A stretch of DNA of 63,884 nucleotides, filler included, from Dugesia japonica (GCA_001938525.1; 6 parts of 6 records of this genome joined end to end with filler, not necessarily neighbours in it); one strand, 5' to 3'; positions 1 to 12,566 are shown, counted from the whole stretch's first letter. Made by a program: numbers and translations. Notes: a model not told the origin generated them from the letters alone.

Positions 1-104
1 TATAAAACGATCAATGGTTATGTCCAACAATTATTCTCGCAATAATTGCAATTGTAAAATTATTATTATTATTGAAAAATAAATAACGCCATTTAAAATA
101 AAAT

Positions 105-151
105 TTTATTGTTATATATTTCGACGGATCAACAGTCATCGTCAGACAAAA
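105..151 (-). ncRNA. Minimal type I hammerhead ribozyme motif (Penelope-associated type)
   Basis: Minus strand reads ttttgt-CTGACGA-t-GAC(tgttgatcc)GTC-GAAA-TATA-TA-acaataaaa: catalytic core, stem II, palindromic ATATAT stem III, UH site and stem I ttgt/acaa. Confidence 0.7.
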
Positions 152-289
152 ATGAAAAAAATGAGTTTATTCAGTCTGTCAACAAAGATTCATGCAATTA
201 TACTTAATATAAGATGGCTAAAATTTTTTAATTTTAACAATTTTTCAATAAAAAATTCTTTCTCTATAACAATATTTTATTAAAATTAC

Positions 290-580
290 TGTTTTACACT
301 TATAAAATTTCAGTCTCAGAAAGTGATACTGGCTTTTACGTTACCCCAAATAGTTTTTGCGATCCTGCTTATAAAATGGGCATGATAAACGGTTTAGTAT
401 TTCGTTCTTGTTCTTTGTCCTCAACTTATTGAAAATCCATTAAAAGTATTGAACATTTATTAAATTTACTGCAAGCAAATGGATATAATAATAAATTTTT
501 AAAGTCATTGACTTCGCAGACTATTGATAAAATATTGGTTGGTAATAATTTGGATTTCGATAAAAAGATTGTCTTATTTA
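290..580 (+). pseudogene. Penelope-like retroelement RT C-terminal/thumb remnant
   Basis: Translates DTGFYVTPNSFCDPAYKMGMINGLVFRSCSLSSTY*KSIKSIEHLLNLLQANGY, resembling the PLE pattern (tg.y...S.hp..K.g.i..l..Ra..ics...l..NgY). Internal stop present. Confidence 0.6.
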
Positions 581-2427
581 TAACATTATTTTATGTTTTT
601 ATATCATGTATTACATTATTTTATATTGTATATTACAAATTTAATATAATTATAAAATAGATGGTTAAGTAAAAGTTCTGCAATTAAAATTTCATCGACA
701 TTTTTGTGTTTATTACATGCTTTCATTTAACATGGTTTTATACTAAAACTGTTTATCATTTTCTTAATTGCAATTGTTAATTAGCGGTCTAATAGCTATT
801 AAAACAACCGTTTTTAATATATTTATTATTTCCATTATAATAATGTATTTCAATAATGTTTACATGTTCACAACATAAAGGAAATTTCTAGTTTACTTAA
901 TTTATCACATGGTATTGATTAAATTTCGCTGTCAATTCGGAATTAATGAAAATTTGAAAATTTTTACATTATATCTAAACAATTTAATAATTATAATAAT
1001 AATAATAATAATAAAAATAATATTAATAATTTATAATAATTCTGTTTTTGGCATTGGTGAATTTAATTTATTATTCATTTTTAATCATATTAACATGATT
1101 GCATTTTATATATGGACTTTTGCTATTCTAAGCGTAAAGAATTAATAATTAAATTAAATTATTTACTACCTAACACAAGTAACTTTATTGAAATGTTTTG
1201 TAATTAACATTAGTGAAAAACAAGACTTGTATATAAATGTTTTATATAACAGTTTTATCATTGTCCTTCATTTCTTTACAAACTCTGAGGGAAAGTAATT
1301 TATTAATATTCAAATTGTTAAATTATTTAAATTTTAAATTTACATTTCTAAAATTTCAATAAATTAAAAACATTTTGATCTAAGTCTTTAATTACATCCA
1401 ACAATTATTTTCGCAATAATTTGATTGTAAAACTATATTTATTATTTTAAATCAAGTATTCCATTAAAAAAAACTTCAAAAAAAAGTTTATGTCGTTTGG
1501 ATTTTTAATATCCAATAACTTTCTTTTTTTGGCTTTGGTATTCTATTTGGTGTTTTCTTCTTATTTTTTATAATATCGTGCGTAGAATTTGTTTTGTTAA
1601 TTATTACAATTTGGTACTATTGGTTTGACAAAATCAAATAAACAAATTTGAATTATGTTTATGCTACTGTTGAGATAATGTTTATTCTTTTAAAATTAAT
1701 GTTAATGTATCATAAGAATTCCATTATTATTATGCTTCATTAAAAATAAAAAAATTAAGATATTTTTTTTTATTTTTTCTTCGTAAAGTTTCACGTTTTT
1801 CGATTTTATTTTCTCTTTCTGATTTAAATTTTTCAAAAAATGTATTTTCTGAATTATTATTGAATTCTATTTCCGCATGACTAGTGGATAACATAATTAG
1901 TTGACTTTCTTTGTTATTGATTATAATATTGTAAAATATGTGAATATCTTAATGGAAAAATTAATTATTACCAAACGTCCAAAAATATATTTGTATATAA
2001 TTAAAAAATCATAAAAATTTTGCAACTACACTTGTATTACTTTTATAAAAAGGATTTCTAATTTTTAAAATTTAATTGATATTCAAATTTTCGAAATTTA
2101 AGGTGACAAATTATTATCGGTAGTCAAACTTGTTAATGTGTTAACAGTTAATGTCTTTCCCTTTATCTATTTATCAACAATTTCTCTAATTTCTTAAGCG
2201 GCTTATATAAACACTGATTTATCTTTTTTTCGTTTTCCACTTGGACAATTTTTTGATTATAAATGTGAACACACAAACATAAAGTACACGTGAATAATAT
2301 ATATTTCGTGAAATTAATTATTAAGAATGTGATTGCATGTTTATTCGACTCTAGAAAATATTGACACAAAGTCTTGAGTTAATCTTTGATAAAATAGAAT
2401 AGTATAAAAATTTTATGATTCTAACAT

Positions 2428-2592
2428 TTTCATTGAAATAATAGCTTCGATCAAATTCAATTGTTGTTTTATAGATATTCGAATTTTTTACTATTGTCTT
2501 CTTTAGGAGATTCCTGAAGAAGACAATAGTCGAAAATTCGAATATCTATAAAACAACAATTTAATTTGATCGAAGCTATTATTTCAACGAAA
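2428..2592. repeat. 165-bp near-perfect palindrome carrying a hammerhead motif (PLE inverted pseudo-LTR junction)
   Basis: About 80-bp arms with a 3-nt loop at 2509-2511. The right arm has gagattc-CTGAAGA-a-GAC(aata)GTC-GAAA-AT-TC-gaatatc. Confidence 0.8.
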
Positions 2593-3218
2593 TCTCAAAT
2601 GCGATCAATGTTTAAGTCCAAAAATTAATCTTGTAATAATTATAATTGTAAAACTGTAACATTTTCGTTTAAAAATTTATTTTGATTTATTTTATTAAGA
2701 TTCTTGATGATTGTAGAAGTTGGAAAATTGTTATATATTTGTGAGAATTGATTAATTAAATTATTTTAACATTTCGACTGATATTTTTAAACGTAATTTA
2801 ATTAAATTATTTGTGATAATTATTAAAGATAATGTGAGAAACATTTATTTTAAATTTAAATTTTTTTAAATATTAAAATACTTTTTTGTTTAATATTAAA
2901 TTTAAGTAATGTAAAACCATTTAGCATAATTTTATTTAAAGTATAATTTGAATATATATTAAAAAATTATTTAAAATTTTATTGCAATATTCATTGAAAA
3001 ATTTAAAATAATTGTAAAAATTAGAATAAAATTAAATTTTGGAAAATTTAATTTTTAGAGATATAATAAAATTTGTTAAAATTATGAAAATTCAGTTGAA
3101 TTGCAAATTATTTGGCTTATTAAATTTGTTTAACAAAATAGTTTTTAATGATTTTCTGTTAAAAAAAAATTTCAATGGAATCTATATTCTTTTAAATTCA
3201 ACGGTGAACGTTGTAGAT

Positions 3219-3897
3219 TAGGTATTGCAAAATAACCAAGTTTTGGTTTGACCGGTAAACAGTAAATATTTTGTTTGTATGTACAAAGAAATAATTAATA
3301 ATAATATTATAATATGTAATAAAAGTTTAATTTATTAATAAAATAAACCAAAAAACGTAAATANCAATTAACAATAATAAACCATTTAAAAAGTCTTTTA
3401 AATATCAATTAAAAGATCTTTTTGTGCATTGAAATATGCACGCTGCAGAAACATTGTATTTACCCGTGGTATCACTGAACCTTGCTCTTATTTTTGAGCA
3501 CATTGCCTATACTGATAAAAAAAACTCGCTTAGACTTAACAATTGTTGGCTTTATTAAATATTTACAAGTGTTAAATATTTACCTCGACTCTGTTCTTCT
3601 TCAAGCACAGCAATTTCTTTTTTAATTAATTTTGTTACAGCTTCGGTATTTTTTGTTATTGGATTGTTGGAAATGAATGAATATATACTTTGTATATCCA
3701 TTGTATATTTATGACAAAACGTAATATATATTTTCATGACGGTTAATTTTGTTTTTTAATTAGTTGTATATGATTTCAGTAATTTTTCAAAGTATCAAAA
3801 ATAATTTTGACATTATTTTTAAAAAGTACCGAGTTAATTTCGGTAATCATATTGGCCAGAAAAACCAGTTAATCGTTTACCGGTACTGTAATTCCTA
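3219..3897 (-). mobile_element. hAT DNA transposon deletion derivative
   Basis: Imperfect TIRs TAGGTATTGCA / TAGGAATTACA (reverse complement). 8-bp TSD ttgtagat/ttgtagac. Minus strand keeps hAT C-terminal-like peptides KKEIAVLEEEQSRGKYL and MCSKIRARFSDTT. Confidence 0.75.
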
Positions 3898-3997
3898 TTG
3901 TAGACTCACNCAATAGTAATCATCACAAAATATACGATAAATTGTTTGTCCTGGTACTTTAGAATTGCATTGTTACTTTACTATATTTTTTATCATT

Positions 3998-4067
3998 TAC
4001 CGTATTAGAAGACTTATTTTTTTTTAACATTTCTGGGGAAAACCACATCTTATATTCTAATACGGTA
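3998..4067. mobile_element. Tiny collapsed pogo-like MITE
   Basis: TACCGTATTAGAA...TTCTAATACGGTA inverted ends with TA at both extremes. Confidence 0.4.
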
Positions 4068-5149
4068 TTTGTAATTTAATACTCGTTTGTTGCTCACTGT
4101 TGATTTGTAATACTTTGCGTCATGTAACACCGGTGGTTCATAGATAATTTTCGAAAAAGCACAAATTTATTTATTTTCATGGATTTTTTGTGTCTTTGTT
4201 AATAATTTTCTTTTGTGATTACTTTTGAACATAAAAAAATTACAATTCTCACAAAATATTATACAATTAAAAATTCGTTTTCATAACGTGAATTTGACTT
4301 TTTTATATACATTTGCAATGTTGCTTTCTTGTTATCACGATTTATAATTAAATATAAAAATATGCGACGGTATGAATGTGCTAATATGCATAATAATTAT
4401 TCTGCGTAATTAACAAAAATTATATTTAGCGAAATGGTGAAATTTTTTAATAATATTTATAAATTCTTATATTAGAAAAATTATCTCTTATTTATTTAAT
4501 CAAAAATGATAAATTTATATTGAAACATTGTCATTTATATCAATCTGATTAAATATGTAATTAATTATGATGATAATCTTTGGAAAAAATAAATTAGCGT
4601 CGTATTAAAATTGAAAAATAATTTCATTTATTTTTNNNNNNNNNNNNNNNNNNNNNNNNNNNNNNNNNNNNNNNNNNNNNNNNNNNNNNNNNNNNNNNNN
4701 NNNNNNNNNNNNNNNNNNNNNNNNNNNNNNNNNNNNNNNNNNNNNNNNNNNNNNNNNNNNTTGTTTTATTTTTAATTTTAATTAAAAAACTTCATTACAT
4801 TTATAACCAATAATTAATGGAAAATAAATTAAATATTAAATAAGCGGCATAATTTGAATGCTATTTTTTATTATCGTGTTTCCCATAAAATAAAACCTAG
4901 CTTGTTTTCAGACGATTTTCAGTTTGTTTTTAATATAAGACGTACCCCAAAAATAAGATCTAATAAAAAAATATAACGTATCAAAATGGTATATAATAGT
5001 TTTATCATTAATCTATTTTGTTTTTATGTTAAATATTCTATATGAAAATAAACTATTTTAGCTGCAACAAATTATTTTTTTTATAATATTAAAATTTATA
5101 AATTTAATGTTTAAATAATCTAAGCATCGATAAATGTGTGCAAGTCTTT

Positions 5150-5729
5150 TACTGCGAATGAACACAAAGGTGCATCCTCAATCTAAATTCCTTCTACTGG
5201 TTACGAAGTGCCCGTGTTACCTGTATTTTGACAAATCACCTAGATAGCAAAAAGGCTGCACCACTTATATTCACTAAGGGAAATAGAGAAAAGATTGTTT
5301 GTATTTCAGGTGTTTATGTAATGGAAACCTAAAAAGCTTGGAGTATACAAGCCGTTATAAAAATGGGTTGATTTAATGATTCCTTTTCTTTTTCCAGAGC
5401 ATCAAAGAGGATTATTAATCTGGGACTCTGCAAATACGCATCGCGCAAAAGAAATTAAAAGCTTTCTCGCAGAGAGAATGATTGATCAAATAATTATTCC
5501 TGCTGGCATGACACCCTATCTTCAAACTCTTGATATTACAATAAATAAGCCATTCAAAGATTACTTGAGAATAGAAATTAATGATTACATTGAAAATATA
5601 ATTGAAAAAAATAAGCATGGAAACTTTGTAAAACACAGTCTAAAAGAGATTGTTAAATGGGTAAAGAATTTATTGTGTTTACTATCGAAATGTCTTTGTA
5701 ATTTGGCCGGAAACTTGGAACTATTTTGA
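5150..5729 (+). pseudogene. pogo-family DDE transposase remnant
   Basis: KKAAPLIFTKG, LLIWDSANTH and IPAGMTPYLQTLDITINKPFKDYLR are typical DDE_1/pogo motifs. Frame is disrupted upstream of 5376. Confidence 0.85.
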
Positions 5730-7303
5730 AGAATTTCATCCATAACACACCTTGAGAAAGTAGTGAAATCTTATCTCCACAATAAGTGACGCGAAATAAT
5801 AGGTAACTGCTATCGAATCTCTTCTTTTGCTAATAGTTTTCTCCATTTCGATTTCACTTACGGCTAATGTGTTGTTGATTTTGCCTATGTCTTCGATAAT
5901 GGCAGTTTGCGATTGTGTTGTAACTTCATTGCTGTTGTCTAAAGTTTTTTCTTGACTACCAACATCAGTTGATCATTTTTCTACATCCTGATTTCTTTTT
6001 AATATTTTTAACAAACTATCCATTTCTAAAATATTAGGATATAAAATGCANNNNNNNNNNNNNNNNNNNNNNNNNNNNNNNNNNNNNNNNNNNNNNNNNN
6101 NNNNNNNNNNNNNNNNNNNNNNNNNNNNNNNNNNNNNNNNNNNNNNNNNNNNNNNNNNNNNNNNNNNNNNNNNNNNNNNNNNNNNNNNNNNNNNNNNNNN
6201 NNNNNNNNNNNNNNNNNNNNNNNNNNNNNNNNNNTAACTTAAGAAACGTATTATCTGTATCAGTTGGTTGTCATAAAAACAGTGATACAGAAAACAAATT
6301 ATATAATGTATATAAATTTTAGCAAGTTATTTTTATTTTTACATCAAAATTTTTAGAAATTATAAATTTCACGGAGCTCATGTAATTCATTCGAGGATCC
6401 CTTAAACTCCACGTAGCACACTTTGAAAACCAACAAAAAAAAATTCTAATAAAATAAACATTGTTATTAATTTTTTTAACATGGTGATATAATGGACAGG
6501 GAAAAAAATCTTCCGAATAATGAAATTTTAGTTTTACATCGAACAAGAAACAAGCTGTAATTAAAAAATATTTATATTCAAATATAATAATAATAATGAA
6601 ATTATATATTTAATTACCAAATCGATCTTTTTGTTAAGATTTTTGCAATAAAATATAAAAATTAAATTTAGATTCCTTTTTCTACAAAAGCAAAATTTTT
6701 TGTATAGGAAACTTTTATTTAATCTTATTCAAATGAATTTTTTATACAGACTGGTTACGGTAAATTATTTTTTGTAAATTTAATATTGATTAAATTTTAC
6801 ATTTCATAATGTCATAAAACCTTACATTAATATGATAATTTTATTCCAATGCATATAGCATCCATCATTAATTGCGGTAGATTTTAAAATTTAAAGATAA
6901 CAAGTAATTATTGATTTACTTTAATGATAATATCAGTGTTAATTTGATTTTGAATACAACGTCTAGTCAAATAGATTTGTATTTTAAAATTTTAATATAT
7001 ACATTGAGTACTAAAATTGTTTTGATAGATAATCATGCGTTATAATCAGTTATTTCAAATTATTATTAAATTTGGTATTCCCCATACACTTTCATTTGTT
7101 TTAATTTTGTAAGTTAATAACATTGTTGTAATTTATTGAGATTATTTATTTCTTATTAATTTCAATTACTCATTTTTCTGGATTTATTTTCTTATTTCAA
7201 ATCAATTCAGTGCGTATTTTTCATTTCAAAATTTTTATTATAATAATAAATAAATATATTAAACAAAATCAATATTGAATAAAAATATTGTTCAAACAAA
7301 TTA

Positions 7304-7868
7304 CACTGACCTTCATAATTATTTTCCCACTTCATATGTTTTGTTAAAAAATTTTGTAAAGATTAATTTGATTTTTCCAAACATCTAGAATTTTTAATCA
7401 ATTAGTTGAAGAAAAATTCTGTTGCTTTCCTGGTCGTCTCAAAGCCCACATCTCAACATCATTGAAAACATCTGATAAGAAGAATTCCTCTCATGAAAAG
7501 GAGAGTTTTTTTTTACAATGGTCCTATTTCAATTATGACAAGAAATTGAACACCAAGTGTTAGTGAAGCTTATGAACAGTATTCTAAATAAACTTAAACT
7601 GATGTTAAAGGTTGGCCAATAAATTATTCTGCAATTCTAAAAAAGAAAATAATATTGGCGTCTAATTATTTTAGATGATTTTACTTGTTTTCTCTATATA
7701 TTTTTAAATTGTTTTGGATTTTTTTACAACTAGTACGTTATAATGGCTGAATAAAAGCATTAAAATGATATAGATTCCTATAACTTGATTCTCCTGTTAT
7801 TATTTATAATCAATTATAAATATTTTTACAAAACATTTAAGGTGGGAAAATAGTTATGGAGGCCAGTG
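7304..7868 (+). mobile_element. Tc1/mariner deletion derivative
   Basis: About 40-bp TIRs CACTGACCTTCATAATTATTTTCCCAC / CACTGGCCTCCATAACTATTTTCCCAC (reverse complement), flanked by TA. Internal WSSQSPHLNIIENI matches Tc1 WPSQSPDLNPIENLW. Confidence 0.85.
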
Positions 7869-7951
7869 TAATTAATAAATTTATTAACCACAATAACTAA
7901 AAAAATCATATTTAATTAACTTTAAATTACAAGCGATTAGTTAGCAAATAC

Positions 7952-8222
7952 GGATCATTTGTAGAATCTCCTCCAAATTCAAGTTTAGTTGTAGATTCTA
8001 CAATTGAGTTTGATATTTAATTTTTTAAACCTTGATCAATTTTTAAATATTTAAATTTTAAATATTTTTTAAAATATTTTTTCATCATAATAAGTTGATT
8101 TTATTTATTGAATTTCTGAAATTTAAATTTCTGTTTATGCCAGGAGAAATTCTACAGTTGGTCAAGTTGTGGGGTATTCTGCAATTGATTCAAATTGAGG
8201 GGGGAGATTCTACAATTGATCC
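7952..8222. mobile_element. MITE with GG termini (possibly Merlin-like)
   Basis: TIRs GGATCATTTGTAGAATCTCC / GGATCAATTGTAGAATCTCC (reverse complement). Internal ATTCTACAATTG repeats. Flanks gcaaatac/acaaatag match 6/8. Confidence 0.55.
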
Positions 8223-9352
8223 ACAAATAGAATTGGAAGTAATAATTTGGAAAAATATTTATTAGTTTACTCGAAGAAATATCGTAATTAGATTTTACTA
8301 GACTTTATTTTATACTTAATTAGGTTGATTTATTTATTTGTAATTTGAAAATAATTTAAAATTAACGGCCCAAAATATTGGCTTAAGTTTTTTTTGGCTA
8401 TAATATTGCTTTATTCTCGTTTCACTTTCAAATATAAAAATTAATTTTTCTTAAATTTTAGTTTCATTGTTTATCAATTCTTGGTTCTAAACGCTATTAT
8501 TTTTTATAAATTTATTGATTAATATACTTTCAACTATTATTGAGAAAATTTGGTTAAATAGAAACCACATCGATTGTTTTATATTTTCATCGTTTTTAAA
8601 TGCACTTTTATTATCATATTATTAAACTTGGAACTANNNNNNNNNNNNNNNNNNNNNNNNNNNNNNNNNNNNNNNNNNNNNNNNNNNNNNNNNNNNNNNN
8701 NNNNNNNNNAAAAATTATCTTCAATTTATGTACAAATAAAGTTGATTTTACTAGGGTATAATTATTTTGCCAAATATTAAATAACTGTCTCTTTAAATAG
8801 CTATTATTGCATGTTTGTTTTTGCTTGCATTTTAAAGGAAATTTTTTATATTGTTTGTCTATGTAATTTGGGAAATTAATATAGAAAAAATATTTGTATT
8901 CAATTAGTTAGGCTTTATTTTTAGAACTTAAGTTAGCAATTCGTTTTTAGTATAATCCTAAATTTGGATGTACAATACTTACGGGAAGGTTTGACATTTT
9001 TCTCAATGTGTAACAGATATTTATACATTTTTGATCGATTTTTGTTTCTCAAAAATTACTAGAGAATACTTATCGGACTTAACCATTGATAACGTTTTTA
9101 AAGTTTCAATGAATTAAAAAGCGTAAATAAAAATCTTTTTATTTAATAAATTTTTAGAGATTCTAATTTTCGACAAGTCTTATAGAAATTCTTTGTAATT
9201 TACACTTTTCGATAAGATTTTACTTTACTTTTACCATTTATTTCTATTTCGGTAGTAAACATAGTATAGAATCCATATAATATAGAAGGCGTTGATTATC
9301 AGCCTGATTTTCAAAAATAAGAAGTATTAAAATTTAAAATTATGTTCATTAA

Positions 9353-9641
9353 CCCTTTATCTGCGTCTAGTTTTAATGGCGTCACGCGTAATGAAAATTT
9401 TTTAGTAAATTCGACACCGAAATGACTTATTTCCGGTATATGCTAAAAAAAATTATCTAGTGCATAATATATTTTTAATATATCTATTGTTATTGTACTA
9501 TTCCATAATGTTTCTTCTACTACGCGACGCATCATTAAAACACAATGTAACTAAGTAGCAGTCATGACGAGACCTAATCGTCATACGCTTTTGGGATTAG
9601 AATTTTATGACGAGACATACTCGTTATACACAGGGAATAGG
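9353..9641. mobile_element. piggyBac-like MITE (degenerate)
   Basis: TTAA|CCCTTT...ATAGG|TTAA with subterminal ATGACGAGAC repeats. TIR match is only partial. Confidence 0.45.
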
Positions 9642-9867
9642 TTAATAAAACTTTAAGCAAATATATGAAAACATATTTGGATTTCTCAGACTGTAAACAA
9701 TTGATGACTAACTTGTTGATCATTTGAAGTGTGAAATAACTATTTGCAAACTCTAATTATATTTGAAGATATAATTTTTTCAAATATTCATAAGTTCTTT
9801 AGCTACTTTTATTTCAATTTTGAAAATGTGTTTAAATCAAATAGCCTTGTATTTTCACGTTCAATTA

Positions 9868-9967
9868 NNNNNNNNNNNNNNNNNNNNNNNNNNNNNNNNN
9901 NNNNNNNNNNNTTAATTAATTAANNNNNNNNNNNNNNNNNNNNNNNNNNNNNNNNNNNNNNNNNNNN
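9868..9967. other. Artificial scaffold spacer N44-TTAATTAATTAA-N44
   Basis: The same spacer occurs at 23384-23483, 32579-32678, 44405-44504 and 54374-54473. It puts stop codons in all six frames. Confidence 0.95.
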
Positions 9968-10291
9968 ATCGTTTTCTTCCATTTTCTTGTAATCTATTGG
10001 ATGATGTAAATATTGTAAAACATCAGAATAGTTTTTTCGTCGCTGTTTATTCCTATATATTAATACAGAATGTAGTTCTTTACTTAGTAGCGTATTTTGA
10101 GATAACAATTCATCAGTAGCATGTTTTTAATTTACATTAGAATGAAGTCAATATCATCGCAAAAAATGAAATTTGCAAAGTTTTAGGTAGTAAAAAGTGA
10201 AAAGAAATTTACCAAAATAATTTATCGGTGATTCGGTAATAGATTTTGGTCCGATTAACTGGTTAATCGTTTACGGGTTTTGCATACCCTA
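9968..10291 (-). mobile_element. hAT element end with transposase fragment
   Basis: End ...TAACTGGTTAATCGTTTACGGGTTTTGCATACCCTA resembles the 3897 hAT terminus. Minus ORF KQRRKNYSDVLQYLHHP is hAT-like. Confidence 0.55.
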
Positions 10292-10804
10292 ATGATAGGT
10301 AATGTACACTAGCTTTAAACATTTTTTATTTGCACAATAATCTCCATGATTATCATATAGACAGGAAATATTATCTGGTATACATAGTTGTACATGTTCA
10401 TTTGAGTTAAAATTAACAAATCGAAGACTCGTGAAAAAGTGTTTGAGAGTATTCATTTTCTTTACATTCATGTGATAATTCACCTAAAACAACGTATCAT
10501 TAGTAATGGCTTCCAAGTCCGTGAGAATTTGAATTGGATCAAATTTACAATCTCCATCAATCCACCTGAGATGATGACGCCAATTTTGTAATTACGCATT
10601 GGTTTGTTGAGCATATTTTGATAGACTATCCATTGATTCCACCATGTTAAACATATAATAAAAAGGTTGGAGAATATTATTTACATACATTATACATAAT
10701 TCTTAAATTACATAGTCGGCATTATTATCCTGAAAAGCTTCATAATCAATGAAAAACAAACACATTTTAATTATTTATTGATAATCACATTAACATTGTT
10801 TATA

Positions 10805-10905
10805 CTGACTTTTGAGCAATTCAATACAACATTGACCACATAGAAATGTCAATGGATTCTGATACATAATTTCATTGTATTCGAAATGTTGTTGCATACG
10901 CTATA
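10805..10905 (-). pseudogene. Polinton adenain-like protease C-terminal fragment
   Basis: QHFEYNEIMYQNPLTFLCGQCCIELL carries the Q..CG..C oxyanion/catalytic Cys motif and resembles RYQDPFTTTCGQHCL near 21240. Confidence 0.6.
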
Positions 10906-10913
10906 ATATTGTT

Positions 10914-11085
10914 AGTAGTAGGGAAATGACGAGTTAGACATCCTCATAGCAACAAGGGCCCGTTTTGGGCGCGGAAAATGGTGGATGGTGAATTGTGAGA
11001 AAAACAACACTTTTTAGTTAAAAAACCGAAGAAACCGAGCGAGGCTATAAGGGAAGGGGGTCTAACTCGTCATTTCACTACTACT
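10914..11085. mobile_element. 172-bp mini element with Polinton-type AGTAGTAG termini
   Basis: 26-bp TIR AGTAGTAG(G/T)GAAATGACGAGTTAGAC with 1 mismatch. No clear TSD. Confidence 0.7.
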
Positions 11086-11396
11086 TGAAGTATCGATGAT
11101 CGATGATTTTTCCCAGAATGAAAAACTAACAAAAGAGACCAAAATTGATGAAAAATATTTAACTAAAATATTTAACTAAAATAATAAACTTAAAGATTAA
11201 ACTAAAATATTAAACTAAAATATTAAACTAGAGACGATGAAGAAAAAGTGGTTATAAAAAAGTCCAGCAAGGAAAGGGTAAAAAAGGTTTAAGTGGTGGA
11301 TTATGGTGGTGGGTTTATTATATATTAATATCATTTTTACGTTCATTAAAAAATTCTTCATTATATATTTTGTAATAATCAATATTAGGTTTGTTT

Positions 11397-11705
11397 TCAT
11401 GTTTTATGTTTGGGTTTATTAATTTTAGTTGTATCTTGAATAAAATTTTGTATTGGATCTTTATTTTTAATAGGTTTAATTTCTTTAGGTTCTTTAAATC
11501 GTTTTATCAAAGACGAAAATGTTCCATTAACACTTCTATTTTGATTTATGGTTCTCTTTTTCTTATTATATGGAGTCTTATACATGTTTAAAAATTTTAC
11601 AGACTTTTCACTTATATTGTATTTGTGAGCAAAACTAGAAACTGAATAGTTAATAAAATCATAAAAAGATAACATTTCATACAATTTAGAATCAATACAA
11701 GCCAT
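11397..11705 (-). CDS. Hypothetical basic protein (Polinton A accessory?)
   Basis: 102-aa ATG-started ORF, divergent from the 11878 ORF. No recognisable domain. Confidence 0.35.
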   Translation of the reverse strand: MACIDSKLYEMLSFYDFINYSVSSFAHKYNISEKSVKFLNMYKTPYNKKKRTINQNRSVNGTFSSLIKRFKEPKEIKPIKNKDPIQNFIQDTTKINKPKHKT

Positions 11706-11728
11706 TTAATATATTTTGAAAATAATTA

Positions 11729-11845
11729 CCATACTGTTTCTATACCTTACCCTAACTATACTATACTGTTTCCATACTGTTTCCATACCTTATCCTAACC
11801 ATAGCATACTGTTTTCATACTGTTTCCTTACCTTACCATAAGCAT
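11729..11845. repeat. Short tandem repeats (CATACTGTTTC / ATACCTTACC units)
   Basis: Several imperfect copies lie between two divergent ORFs. Confidence 0.7.
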
Positions 11846-11877
11846 ATTTTCATTTCCTTAAATTATTAGTATAGAAA

Positions 11878-12459
11878 ATGGGAATCAGTAAAGAAAATTA
11901 TTCTGTGACATTAAATACTTTATTTGAGACATTCAAAAATGTAGAGGATATTACAAATATGAGTATAGAAGAAGTTGAAAAGTTTATTAAAATTCCAATT
12001 ACAAAAGAGTTTGTTAATGAGAAGTTAAACATCATGAAAGAGATTTTGACTAAAATTGAGGAATGTAAAGATGAGGAAGGTAAAAAAGTATTTAAAGCAT
12101 TAATTACTATTGTTTTATGTAAAAGCACAGAATCGGATTGTAGAAGATTATTTATGGAAAATTTTGCACTAAATAATCAAGAAGCATGTAAAATATTAGA
12201 TGAATTAAAAAATAAATTAAAGAAAGAAAGAGATGAACATAACAAGTTAAAGGAACAATGTAAATTAGAAAAAAAACCAAAGACTGTAGTATTGCCTGGC
12301 TTCAAATCAACTATAATTACAGAGAGTAATATCAAACTTTCTACTGATAGATGCTTACAATTATTTAGTGCAACAGAAATAAATCATAAAAATTTAAATG
12401 AAAAAATGACACGAATACCCGTTCCAGCAGGATTTGAAAATGATGTCTCCCGTTGTTAA
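11878..12459 (+). CDS. Hypothetical 193-aa helical protein upstream of the Polinton A MCP
   Basis: Long uninterrupted ORF, K/E-rich, with protein-like composition, co-oriented with the MCP. Confidence 0.5.
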   Translation: MGISKENYSVTLNTLFETFKNVEDITNMSIEEVEKFIKIPITKEFVNEKLNIMKEILTKIEECKDEEGKKVFKALITIVLCKSTESDCRRLFMENFALNNQEACKILDELKNKLKKERDEHNKLKEQCKLEKKPKTVVLPGFKSTIITESNIKLSTDRCLQLFSATEINHKNLNEKMTRIPVPAGFENDVSRC

Positions 12460-12566
12460 ATTAAAAAAGATAAAAAGATATCCATTGAACAAAAACCATC
12501 AACTGGACAAGATAGATAAATGTAAGGGAAAAGACTAAATAAATGTTATAGAAAAGGGGCTTTCAC

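Noticed and set aside
9912-9923. TTAATTAATTAA between N runs as a biological repeat
   Set aside because: An identical 100-bp N-padded spacer occurs five times, so it is an artificial contig joiner. Adjacency across it is meaningless.
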